Of a stretch of DNA of 34,086 nucleotides, positions 8,561 through 16,740 are shown in pieces. The notes under the pieces were generated by a model. That model saw nothing but the letters and a program-made list of their open reading frames with translations, had not been told where the DNA came from and made no database searches. The stretch covers positions 1 to 34,086 of IMG/VR virus record IMGVR_UViG_3300034523_000134; one strand, 5' to 3'. How positions within the stretch are numbered: position 1 is the first letter of the stretch; every line of letters begins with the position of its first letter. The position numbers and the translations under genes were made by a program. This DNA comes from a virus (taxonomy: Duplodnaviria > Caudoviricetes).

Positions 8561-8628
8561 TGCGAAACCGCCCCGGCGTGCCGGGACGGTCTGCCGGACG
8601 TGGTTGTCCGGTACTGATGAGCAGCCAC
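8561..8628 (+). ncRNA. Type II hammerhead ribozyme 2 (predicted cleavage after GUC, C8591)
   Basis: Same architecture as copy 1: GC-GAAA, stem III (ACCGCCCCGG/CCGGGACGGT, one mismatch), C, stem I (TGCCGGAC/GTCCGGTA, loop GTGGTT), CTGATGA, GC, AGCCAC (6-bp pseudoknot with loop I). Compensatory changes relative to copy 1. Confidence 0.9.
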
Positions 8629-8630
8629 CC

Positions 8631-8909
8631 ATGACGGACGAAACACCCAAACAGCGCCATACCCGCCTGGCACGCGAACGTAAACGTGCCCAGCGTAAGC
8701 GCGACAGTGACAAGCGCCTGGCTATGGGGGCCAGCAAGCTCAAGATGGAAATCTATAGCGGCACCCAAAACGAGCTGGAACAGATTCGCACTGCCGGTAG
8801 ATTCGACGAAACAGAGCATGCGCTCACGATGGCCATTCACGGTGTCGCCGCATTGTCCCGAACCGACCCGGCAGCGTTCCAGGTACTGATCAAAGGAGGA
8901 AGACAGTGA
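8631..8909 (+). CDS. Hypothetical basic protein
   Basis: ATG 8631 directly after the ribozyme; ARERKRAQRKR basic helix; GTGA overlap with gemA. The ORF-track start at 8604 lies inside the ribozyme. Confidence 0.7.
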   Translation: MTDETPKQRHTRLARERKRAQRKRDSDKRLAMGASKLKMEIYSGTQNELEQIRTAGRFDETEHALTMAIHGVAALSRTDPAAFQVLIKGGRQ

Positions 8910-9322
8910 CTACACGTAACCTGCAATTGAGCAAGATCCACATCGCCAAGAAGGACCTTGGGCTGGATGACGAAACCTACCGCGCTTTGTTGGGCCGCGT
9001 GGCGGGTGTGCGTTCGGCCAAAGACCTGACGCCACGCCAGATCGGCGCTGTACTGGCCGAGTTTGCCCGCTTGGGCTGGGAGTCTAAACCGACTAAAAAG
9101 CAAGGCCGCAAGGCACCGGTTGCGGCGCCAGATCGGGTAAAGCTGGTGGGCAAAATAGAGGCTTTCCTCGCCGAGGCCAAGCGCTCCTGGGCATATGCCG
9201 ACGGTATGGCCCTGCGCATGTTCAAAGTCGAGCGAGTGGAATGGCTGGACCCTCAACAACTCCAGAAAATGGTTGCGGCGCTGACCTATGATGCCCGTCG
9301 ACATGCGAGGCCAGAGCGATGA
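8906..9322 (+). CDS. gemA: GemA / Mu gp16 family (DUF1018) regulatory protein
   Basis: KIHIAKKDLGLDDETYRALL..G.RSAKDL signature; upstream of mor as in Mu. Confidence 0.9.
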   Translation: MTTRNLQLSKIHIAKKDLGLDDETYRALLGRVAGVRSAKDLTPRQIGAVLAEFARLGWESKPTKKQGRKAPVAAPDRVKLVGKIEAFLAEAKRSWAYADGMALRMFKVERVEWLDPQQLQKMVAALTYDARRHARPER

Positions 9323-9765
9323 ACGAAGAACTGTTCCCGGATGACATCGATCAACTGGACGCCAAGAAGGTGTTGGCAAACATGCAAGACCCCACCGTGC
9401 TCTCCCGCTGGGAAGGCTCATTGAGGGAAATGGTAGAAATTGCCGAGGCCAAGCTTCTGGTTGAGATCAAGCCAGGGATAGAAGCCGCCGAACTGGCGCG
9501 GCATGTCGTCTTTGCAATCTGCTCCGTGATGGGCGGTAAGGTGGTGTACTTGCCAAGGGGTGACGCGCTTAAGCGGGCCTTGCGAGACGCCGGGATCTAC
9601 CGGGATTGGAAGGATAACAGCATCCCGATACCTGACCTGGTAAGCAAGTACGACCTTGCGAACCAGACCATTTATGACATCATTCGCCGACAACGGGCGC
9701 TGCATCGCAAGAATGAGCCTGATTTATTTGGCTACGAAGATGATCCAGGAAGGAGTGTTCACTAA
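9319..9765 (+). CDS. mor: Mor/C-family transcription activator
   Basis: GGKVVYLPRG..RALRD..IY and C-terminal HTH LVSKYDLANQTIYDIIRRQR. Confidence 0.9.
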   Translation: MNEELFPDDIDQLDAKKVLANMQDPTVLSRWEGSLREMVEIAEAKLLVEIKPGIEAAELARHVVFAICSVMGGKVVYLPRGDALKRALRDAGIYRDWKDNSIPIPDLVSKYDLANQTIYDIIRRQRALHRKNEPDLFGYEDDPGRSVH

Positions 9766-10259
9766 TGAACCAGGTGCAATGGTTTTATGACGACAGCGGT
9801 TCTCGCGTAGGACCAGTAACCGAAAACGATATCAAGGGGCTGTTGAAGGTAAATAAAATCGCACACGGGACACTTGTGTGGCGCACGGGGATGGCGGATT
9901 GGGTTCCGGTTGAAGCCAGCGAACTCAGCACAGAACTGTCTAATACTCCACCGCCTCTGAGCACGAACCGAATTTCCGACCTCTGGGTATGGCTGCTGGC
10001 ATTGTCCCCGATAGTTTGGTTGGTGATTGACACTAGCGTCATGAATGTCGGGATAGTGATTGGATGGGCAATCAACGTCATCCTTTGCACCCTAGACATT
10101 GGAAAGTTAAAGCGGGCTGGTTATCAAGCGCCGACTATTTGGTGGAGTATTTTTGTACCTGGTTACCTGTACTTCCGCTCAAAACTCTTGAAAGCAAGTC
10201 ATGCCCCATTGATAGTTTGGATAATGCTGAATGTCGTGATGTTTGTAGTGTCTCAATAG
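9765..10259 (+). CDS. Membrane protein with N-terminal GYF_2/DUF4339-like domain (moron)
   Basis: WFY..GPV...TLVWRTGMADW.P then PPPL and several hydrophobic helices; visibly AT-richer than neighbours. Confidence 0.8.
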   Translation: MNQVQWFYDDSGSRVGPVTENDIKGLLKVNKIAHGTLVWRTGMADWVPVEASELSTELSNTPPPLSTNRISDLWVWLLALSPIVWLVIDTSVMNVGIVIGWAINVILCTLDIGKLKRAGYQAPTIWWSIFVPGYLYFRSKLLKASHAPLIVWIMLNVVMFVVSQ

Positions 10260-10276
10260 CGCTATCGCTATACCCC

Positions 10277-10303
10277 AAGCCCCGCCACTGAGCGGGGCTT
10301 TTT
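10277..10303 (+). terminator. Rho-independent terminator ending the early/middle operon
   Basis: AAGCCCCGC-CACTGA-GCGGGGCTT followed by TTT. Confidence 0.85.
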
Positions 10304-10323
10304 CTTAAACCCCGCTGATACTC
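10302..10323 (+). promoter_or_regulatory. Late-promoter box 1 (before lysis operon)
   Basis: TTCTTAAACCCCGCTGATACTC, identical at 18774-18795 and 29988-30009. Confidence 0.8.
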
Positions 10324-10381
10324 AACCAATCCCCCTCATACGCGAAGCTGGCACCGTTCCCCCAACGGCAGGTTTCGCACC

Positions 10382-10723
10382 ATGCATTCCGCTCCCGCTC
10401 TCTCCAAAGTCGCCCGACCTCGATGGCCACGCCAGTTTGCCCAGCTCATTCTCGCCGCTGGTGACGATGCTGCGCGGGCGGTGCTATGGGCCAATGTTCC
10501 GGCCGACTGGCGGGAGTTGGTGCAACTGCATATCGCGCAGGCTGACGGCCGTACCGAGCAGCACGTGCGCCAACAGGAGAGATTGCGTCCCGCTGTAAGA
10601 ACCATCACACCGACCTTCGCCGAGTACCGGGCCCCCGTCCATGTACCCGGCAACGCTCTGGTCGCAGCTAAACACCTGGCCGCGCTGCGAGCCACCATCC
10701 ACTCACCGCGAGTATCCCAATGA
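10382..10723 (+). CDS. Hypothetical protein, first gene of late lysis operon
   Basis: Downstream of late box 1; ATGA overlap with holin. Confidence 0.62.
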   Translation: MHSAPALSKVARPRWPRQFAQLILAAGDDAARAVLWANVPADWRELVQLHIAQADGRTEQHVRQQERLRPAVRTITPTFAEYRAPVHVPGNALVAAKHLAALRATIHSPRVSQ

Positions 10724-11013
10724 CCACCACCGCACCTAAGCGGCGTCCCCGCACGCCTCGTATGACCTTTTGGGCGTTGATCACCATCGCCTTGCTGTTC
10801 TGCCTGGCCATCGTTGCCCCGACCAAGCTGCCCGTCGTCCTCTATAAATGCGGCCTGGTCACACTGGGCTGCGTGCTGGGCTACTGGCTGGATCGAGCGT
10901 TGTTCCCGTACGCCCGGCCGGACATGGTCCCGAACTGCGAGCGTTCCATGGCAGGCATTCGCCGCGCCCTGGTCGTGCTGGGCTGTGTCCTTGGCCTGAC
11001 GCTGGGGCTCTGA
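10720..11013 (+). CDS. Putative holin (2-3 TM)
   Basis: Hydrophobic helices and LGYWLDRALFPYARP..RRALVV motif; directly before the endolysin. Confidence 0.85.
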   Translation: MTTTAPKRRPRTPRMTFWALITIALLFCLAIVAPTKLPVVLYKCGLVTLGCVLGYWLDRALFPYARPDMVPNCERSMAGIRRALVVLGCVLGLTLGL

Positions 11014-11014
11014 C

Positions 11015-11653
11015 ATGCGCCGCTCTCGTTCTCTTCTATATATAGCTGCGGCATGCATGGGCGTGCTGGTTGCTGCGGTAGCAAGCCCTCCGGCCAAGGC
11101 CGAGATCCCGGACCAGGCCGAGCGCTACCGCCGCGACTTGACCCGCATTGCTCAGGCCGAATGGGGCTTGGATGCTCCAGTGTCCACTTTCGCAGCACAG
11201 ATCCACCAGGAAAGCCGTTGGAAGTTCGACGCGAAATCGCCCGTCGGTGCGCAAGGCTTGGGCCAGGTGATGCCCTCGACCGCCACCTGGCTTGCCAAGC
11301 TGTTCCCCAAGGCCCTCGGCAGGATCGAACCGTATAACCCGGTTTGGTCCATGCAGGCGCTTGTGAGCTATGACCGCTGGCTGGCGAACCGAATCCAGGC
11401 GCGTGGCCCCTGCGAACAAGGGGCGCTGATCCTTTCCGCCTATAACGGCGGTTTGGGCTGGGTGATCAAAGACCGCAAGTTGGCATCGGCTAAGGGTGCC
11501 GATCCGCTGACCTGGTTCAACTCCGTCGAGCGGTTCAATAACGGCCGCTCGGCTGCTGCGTTCAAGGAAAACCGTCAATACCCACGCCTGATCCTGCTGC
11601 GCTGGGAAGCCCTTTACGTTGCTGATGGCTGGGGCCAAGGGGTGTGCCAATGA
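11015..11653 (+). CDS. Endolysin, SLT-type lytic transglycosylase with N-terminal signal/SAR segment
   Basis: QIHQES (catalytic Glu), GAQGLGQVMPST and SAYNGG motifs. Confidence 0.92.
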   Translation: MRRSRSLLYIAAACMGVLVAAVASPPAKAEIPDQAERYRRDLTRIAQAEWGLDAPVSTFAAQIHQESRWKFDAKSPVGAQGLGQVMPSTATWLAKLFPKALGRIEPYNPVWSMQALVSYDRWLANRIQARGPCEQGALILSAYNGGLGWVIKDRKLASAKGADPLTWFNSVERFNNGRSAAAFKENRQYPRLILLRWEALYVADGWGQGVCQ

Positions 11654-12294
11654 ATGGCTTGCTCGACCTACTCAAGCCCGCCACCTGGTACGTGGGCATC
11701 ATCGCGGCCGTGGTGTTCGGCCTGCATATCAACTGGCAGGACGGCTATGACCAGGGTTACGCCAAGGCCTTGGGCGAAGGGGAAACAGCTATCGCCAAGC
11801 TGCGCCTAGAACATTCCCAGGAACAGCAACGTATCGCCGATGCAACAGCTAAAGCCGCCAAACAGGCGGTTGAGGATCTGCGCGCTGAGCGGGATCGGGG
11901 CGACCAGCTCGCCACCCAGCTCGCCGACGCAAAGGAATCCTTTCGCAAGAATACCGACCAACTCAAGGGAGAGATTGCCCGTGTCACGACCCTTTATCGC
12001 CGCACCCTCGAATCGGCGCCTGAGCCTTTGCCTGCTGGCGTGTTCACTGTTGGCTTTGTCCGCGTGTGGAACAACGCCAACGGAATCGGCACCGCAGTGC
12101 CTGCCCAGCAAGCCCGACAAGCCACCAGCGGAATTGCTACGTCGCCCGATGGAACCGGAGCCGCTGACAGCCTCGACTCAGGTGTCACCCAGCCGCTTGT
12201 CCTCGCCAACCAGATTCGCAACGGCGAGCTGCACAGTTCCTGCCGGGCTTCGCTCAACCGCCTGATCGATTGGACACTTAATGGAAGTAACTGA
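11650..12294 (+). CDS. Rz-like inner-membrane spanin
   Basis: N-terminal TM helix followed by Ala-rich coiled coil; after the endolysin with ATGA overlap. Confidence 0.78.
   Translation: MNGLLDLLKPATWYVGIIAAVVFGLHINWQDGYDQGYAKALGEGETAIAKLRLEHSQEQQRIADATAKAAKQAVEDLRAERDRGDQLATQLADAKESFRKNTDQLKGEIARVTTLYRRTLESAPEPLPAGVFTVGFVRVWNNANGIGTAVPAQQARQATSGIATSPDGTGAADSLDSGVTQPLVLANQIRNGELHSSCRASLNRLIDWTLNGSN
11981..12265 (+). CDS. Rz1-like outer-membrane lipoprotein spanin embedded in +1 frame
   Basis: GTG 11981 after AAGGGAG; signal RRLSLCLLACSLLALSA-C with lipobox Cys at 12065; Pro-rich mature part. Confidence 0.75.
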   Translation: MSRPFIAAPSNRRLSLCLLACSLLALSACGTTPTESAPQCLPSKPDKPPAELLRRPMEPEPLTASTQVSPSRLSSPTRFATASCTVPAGLRSTA

Positions 12295-12502
12295 CTTTGC
12301 CAGTCACCTGGAGGCGATCCACAACGAATCCTCTTTGGCGGCACATTTGGCACAACGTGAAGTATTGACCGGCCCTTCGGCCGAGTTCTGCACAGGAGAG
12401 GATTGCGATATGCCAATCCCGGAACAACGCCGTGTGGCCATACCAGGTGTGCAGCTTTGCGCGCAGTGCCAAACGCATCGCGAAAAGAGGGACCGTCGAT
12501 GA
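12281..12502 (+). CDS. TraR/DksA C4 zinc-finger protein
   Basis: C(TGED)C..IPEQRRVAIPGVQLCAQCQ. Confidence 0.88.
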   Translation: MEVTDFASHLEAIHNESSLAAHLAQREVLTGPSAEFCTGEDCDMPIPEQRRVAIPGVQLCAQCQTHREKRDRR

Positions 12503-12807
12503 CGACGATTGAAATGCCTGCGTGGCAACTGGTGAGTATTGCCGTAACCATCCTCGGTGCCTTCGCTGGACTTGTGAAGGTTATGGTCATGCAAATGGAG
12601 CGCCGACTGGATCAGCGCTTTGCAATAACAGACAAGGACAGTGAGCGCCTGCGCACGCTGGAAATATCCTTTGAACGGCTGCGGGGTGACATGCCCGTGC
12701 ACTACGTGCGCCGGGAAGACTACGTGCGCGGCCAAACCGTGATCGAGGCCAAGCTTGATGCGTTGGCCCTCAAGCTAGAAACCGTTCAATTAAAAGGACT
12801 GAAGTAA
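12499..12807 (+). CDS. Membrane-anchored coiled-coil protein (Mu gp25-like position)
   Basis: ATGA overlap; TM helix then YVRREDY..IEAKLD. Confidence 0.72.
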   Translation: MTTIEMPAWQLVSIAVTILGAFAGLVKVMVMQMERRLDQRFAITDKDSERLRTLEISFERLRGDMPVHYVRREDYVRGQTVIEAKLDALALKLETVQLKGLK

Positions 12808-13115
12808 TGAACATCGACGCCGCCAAAACGCGCCGGGAATCCCTGCGCTGGTACATCATCAAGACCCTGGACACCTCGCGCCCCGTCGACCCTCATGAGG
12901 CTATCGTGTTGTCCACCATCCAGGGCATCTATCCCGATGCCACCACCATGGAGCTACGCCGCGAACTCGACTACCTGGCCGACCGTAGCCTGGTGACGCT
13001 GGACAAAAAGCCCAACGGCGTGTGGATCTGCGGCTTGACCCACTACGGGGTCGACATTGCGGAATACACCATCGCCTGCAATCCAGGCGTTGCCCGGCCA
13101 GAAAAGTACTGGTGA
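12807..13115 (+). CDS. Mu gp26-like winged-helix protein
   Basis: RESLRWYII..ELDYLADRSLV..LTHYGVD..PGVARP; synteny before gp27. Confidence 0.75.
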   Translation: MNIDAAKTRRESLRWYIIKTLDTSRPVDPHEAIVLSTIQGIYPDATTMELRRELDYLADRSLVTLDKKPNGVWICGLTHYGVDIAEYTIACNPGVARPEKYW

Positions 13116-13119
13116 CCCC

Positions 13120-13632
13120 ATGCCCCCACGCAGCAAGGTTGCCAGTCTGCCCAAGTCGGTCAAGACCTGGCTCGACAAGGCCCTGGCCGAAAACAACTTC
13201 AGCGATTACGAAGCCCTGGCCAACGAACTGTCGAGCCAGGGTTTTTCGATCAGCAAGTCGGCGCTACATCGCTATGGCCAGGACTTCGAATCCAAACTCT
13301 CGGCCTTGAAGATGGCCAGCGAGCAGGCCCGTGCCGTGGTGGCTGCTGCGCCGGATGAAGAAGGCGCGGTCAACGAAGCGCTGATGCGTCTTGTCCAGGA
13401 ACACCTGTTCAAACTGCTGATGAGCGATGGCGACCAGATGGACTTGCCGAAGGTCGCCAAAGCTGTGGCCGAGTTGGGCAAGGCCTCTGTTGTGCAGAAG
13501 AAATGGCAGGCGGAGTGGAAGGAGAAGGTCGAAACGGCGGCGGCGCGCGTTGATAAGATCGCCAAGAAAGGAGGCCTGACACAGGCGACCTCCGATGAAA
13601 TCCGGCGCGAGATCCTGGGGATGGCATCGTGA
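13120..13632 (+). CDS. Mu gp27-like (DUF3486) putative terminase small subunit
   Basis: MPPRSKVASLP...ISKSALHRYG...IRREILG. Confidence 0.85.
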   Translation: MPPRSKVASLPKSVKTWLDKALAENNFSDYEALANELSSQGFSISKSALHRYGQDFESKLSALKMASEQARAVVAAAPDEEGAVNEALMRLVQEHLFKLLMSDGDQMDLPKVAKAVAELGKASVVQKKWQAEWKEKVETAAARVDKIAKKGGLTQATSDEIRREILGMAS

Positions 13633-15182
13633 GTCTGCCTCTCGTCCTGGACAGCACCGCCACGTTGCTTGCCCCAGCAGTTTTACTCGACTATCAGAAA
13701 GAGTGGATCGGTATACGCGCCCCACTCAAGGTTGGCGAGAAATCCCGGCGTATCGGTCTCACATGGGCCGAGGCGGCAGACAACGTTCTGGTAGCCGCGT
13801 CCGAAAAATCGGCGGGCGGTCAAACTGTCTATTACCTGGGCTACAACCAGGACATGACCGTGGAATATATCCAGGCCTGCGCCATGTGGGCGCGGGCCTA
13901 CAACTACGCGGCCGAGCAAATAGAAGAAGGCATTTGGCCCGATAGCGACCCCGACAAACACATCAAGACCTACACCATCGTGTTTCCCAGCGGCCACCGC
14001 ATCGTCGCGCTGACCAGCCGACCGTCCAACCTGCGGGGCCGTCAGGGCGTTGTCGTGATCGACGAAGCCGCGTTCCATGCGGACTTGGCCGAGCTGCTGA
14101 AAGCGGCCATGGCTCTGTTGATCTGGGGCGGTGAAGTTCATGTGATCAGCACCCACGACGGCACTGAGAACGCCTTTAACGACCTGGTCAACGAAATCCG
14201 GGCTGGCAAGCGCAATGGCGAAGTGTTCCGCTGCACTTTCGGTGAGGCCGTTGCGGATGGTCTGTACAAGCGTGTCTGCTTTCGTAAAGGTATTGAGTAC
14301 AGACTTGAGGATGAAATCGCCTGGGTGAATGGCGTTTACGGTTTCTACGGCGATGCAGCCGACGAAGAGCTGGACTGCGTGCCCTCCCAGGGCGGCGGTG
14401 CATTCCTCAGCATGGCCCTGGTCGAACAGCGCAGCAGCCGAGATGTACCCGTGTTACGCCTGGCCTACCCGCAGGGTTACGAGACCCTACCCGAACCCCT
14501 GCGATTGGCCGAGTCCCTTGAATGGTGCGAGGAACACCTCAAGCCATTACTGGCAGCTATTCCATTGGACGTCCAAAGCTACTACGGAATGGACTTCGCC
14601 CGCTCCGGCGACCTCTCGGTCATCTGGCCGCTGCTCAAAGAGCAGAACCTACGCAAACGCACGCCCTTTGTAGTCGAGTTGCGCAACGTCCCGTTCAAGC
14701 AACAACGGCAGATCAAGTTCTACATCATCGACCGCCTGCCTAATTTCCTCAAAGGTGCAGACGACGCCAGGGGTAACGGCTCGCAGCTATCGGAAGAGAC
14801 CGCCATTGAGTACGGCTTCAACCGCATTGAGCGAGTCATGCTCACCGAGGGCTGGTATCGCGACAACATGCCGCCGTTCAAGGCCGCCCTGGAAGATGAC
14901 ACCTTCTACGACATTCCGGCCGACAAGGATGTGGTTAGCGACGTGCGTGCCTTTCGGATGGTTAAGGGCGTGGCTCGCATCCCTGAAAAGCGCACCAACG
15001 AAAAAGGCGAAAAGTCCGGGCCAAAGCGCCACGGCGACGCCGGTATCGCGGCCGTATTGGCCGACTACGCGTCCCGTCAAGATGTCGAGATCTTCGAATA
15101 TCACCGCGTCCAGCCAGCCACCCAGCATGATCGCGAGATCAAACTCGGGGCTGGGTGGCGCTCTCAGAAAGGCATTTGGTAA
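13629..15182 (+). CDS. Terminase large subunit (Mu gp28-like)
   Basis: EKSRRIGLTW Walker A-like, VVIDEAAFH Walker B, GMDFARSGD nuclease and HGD motifs. Confidence 0.93.
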   Translation: MSLPLVLDSTATLLAPAVLLDYQKEWIGIRAPLKVGEKSRRIGLTWAEAADNVLVAASEKSAGGQTVYYLGYNQDMTVEYIQACAMWARAYNYAAEQIEEGIWPDSDPDKHIKTYTIVFPSGHRIVALTSRPSNLRGRQGVVVIDEAAFHADLAELLKAAMALLIWGGEVHVISTHDGTENAFNDLVNEIRAGKRNGEVFRCTFGEAVADGLYKRVCFRKGIEYRLEDEIAWVNGVYGFYGDAADEELDCVPSQGGGAFLSMALVEQRSSRDVPVLRLAYPQGYETLPEPLRLAESLEWCEEHLKPLLAAIPLDVQSYYGMDFARSGDLSVIWPLLKEQNLRKRTPFVVELRNVPFKQQRQIKFYIIDRLPNFLKGADDARGNGSQLSEETAIEYGFNRIERVMLTEGWYRDNMPPFKAALEDDTFYDIPADKDVVSDVRAFRMVKGVARIPEKRTNEKGEKSGPKRHGDAGIAAVLADYASRQDVEIFEYHRVQPATQHDREIKLGAGWRSQKGIW

Positions 15183-16738
15183 TGGCTGAATCCAAAATCG
15201 TCGACCAGTACGGTCGCCCGATCCAGTACGACAAACTCACGGAAGAGCTGGCCGCTGCCCGCACCACCGGCATTCGCCAGATCTGGCACCAGTCGGTGGC
15301 CAACGGCCTAACCCCCCAGCGCCTGGCGAGTATTTTGCGGGCCGCTGCCGAGGGATCGGCCAACGACTACCTTACCCTTGCCGAGGAAATGGAAGAGCGC
15401 GATCTGCATTACGCCTCGGTGTTAGGCACACGCAAGCTGGCAGTGGCCGGCTTGTCCGTTCGTGTCGAGGCAGCCAGCGATGATCCCGAGGACGTACGTC
15501 GGGCCGATCAGCTCAAAGAGCTGGTTGACTCTCCCGAGTTCGGAGAACTGCAAGCGGACCTGACTGACGCCATGGGCAAAGGCTATGCCGTCTCGGAAAT
15601 CATGTGGGACCGCAGCGGTAAAACCTGGAACCCTGAGCGTTTCGAACCCCGCGACCAGCGTTTCTTCCAATTTGACCGTGACACTGGCCGGGAGCTGCGC
15701 CTGCTCGATGAGGCTGACCCGATCAATGGAGTCGCCCTGGCTCCGTACAAGTTCATTGTGCATCTGCCCCGTATCCGTTCTGGCCTGCCGATCCGGGGTG
15801 GCTTGGCGCGTCTTGCGGCTGTTGGCTACATGTGCAAGGCCTGGACTTGGAAAGACTGGATGGGTTTTGCTGACATCTTCGGTATGCCTATGCGTGTCGG
15901 CCGGTACGGCGCAGGTGCGAGCAAGGAAGACATCAGCACCTTGATGTCAGCGGTAGCCAACCTGGGCAGCGATGCAGCAGCGGTGATCCCGGACAGCATG
16001 CGCATTGATTTTACCCAGGCCGCCAACGTGGCCGGTGCTGGTGACTTCTTCAAAGGCCTGGCCGAATGGTGGGATAAACAAGTCAGTAAGGCCGTGGTCG
16101 GACAGACCATGTCCACTGATGACGGCTCCAGCCAAGCCCAGGCAACGATTCATAACGAAGTTCGTATAGACCTACTGCAGGCCGATGCCAAGGCCGAGTC
16201 CAACACGATAAACCGCTACTTTGTGCGGCCCTGGTGCGATCTGAACTTTGCACCTGGTCGTCCGTATCCGCGGCTGATCATTGATGTACCAAAGCCTGAA
16301 AACACCAAGATCCTGATCGATGCGCTCAAGGCACTCGTTCCGCTAGGGTTGAAGGTCGAGCAATCCGTAATCCGAGACAAGCTCAATATCCCCGCTCCGG
16401 CCGAGGGTGCCGAGCTACTGGGCATCCCGCCGCCCGTTGCCACTCCGGTGCTTGCCCAGGCGATCAACAGCGAGCAATTGCCAGCCAAACCGGCGGTAAT
16501 GCCAGACATCGTCGATAACCAGGTGCGGACGCTGGAGCGGACTGTTGGGGTTTATATGGATGACATGGTCGAGCAGATCAAGGAACTGCTCGATACTGTC
16601 AGCAGCTTGGAAGAGTTCCGGGATCGTCTGATCGAAATCTATCCAACGATGACCACCAGCCAATTGGCGGATGCCATTGCCGATGGTCTGGCGGCTGCCA
16701 GCCTGGCTGGCCGCGATGACATTCTGAGAGGCTTGTAA
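15182..16738 (+). CDS. Portal protein (Mu gp29, DUF935)
   Basis: IVDQYGRP, GYAVSEIMW, FGMPMRVGRY and ISK/VSK-AVVGQT..ATIHNEVR motifs; synteny. Confidence 0.92.
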   Translation: MAESKIVDQYGRPIQYDKLTEELAAARTTGIRQIWHQSVANGLTPQRLASILRAAAEGSANDYLTLAEEMEERDLHYASVLGTRKLAVAGLSVRVEAASDDPEDVRRADQLKELVDSPEFGELQADLTDAMGKGYAVSEIMWDRSGKTWNPERFEPRDQRFFQFDRDTGRELRLLDEADPINGVALAPYKFIVHLPRIRSGLPIRGGLARLAAVGYMCKAWTWKDWMGFADIFGMPMRVGRYGAGASKEDISTLMSAVANLGSDAAAVIPDSMRIDFTQAANVAGAGDFFKGLAEWWDKQVSKAVVGQTMSTDDGSSQAQATIHNEVRIDLLQADAKAESNTINRYFVRPWCDLNFAPGRPYPRLIIDVPKPENTKILIDALKALVPLGLKVEQSVIRDKLNIPAPAEGAELLGIPPPVATPVLAQAINSEQLPAKPAVMPDIVDNQVRTLERTVGVYMDDMVEQIKELLDTVSSLEEFRDRLIEIYPTMTTSQLADAIADGLAAASLAGRDDILRGL

Positions 16739-16740
16739 CC

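Noticed and set aside
8604-8630. ORF-track start at 8604 for the pre-gemA gene
   Set aside because: TTG inside ribozyme stem-loop I; ATG 8631 just after the ribozyme is more plausible.
13417-13426. Additional CTGATGA hammerhead-like cores (also near 16116, 17777 and 33472)
   Set aside because: Inside conserved coding regions, and I could not build the GAAA/stem architecture around them.
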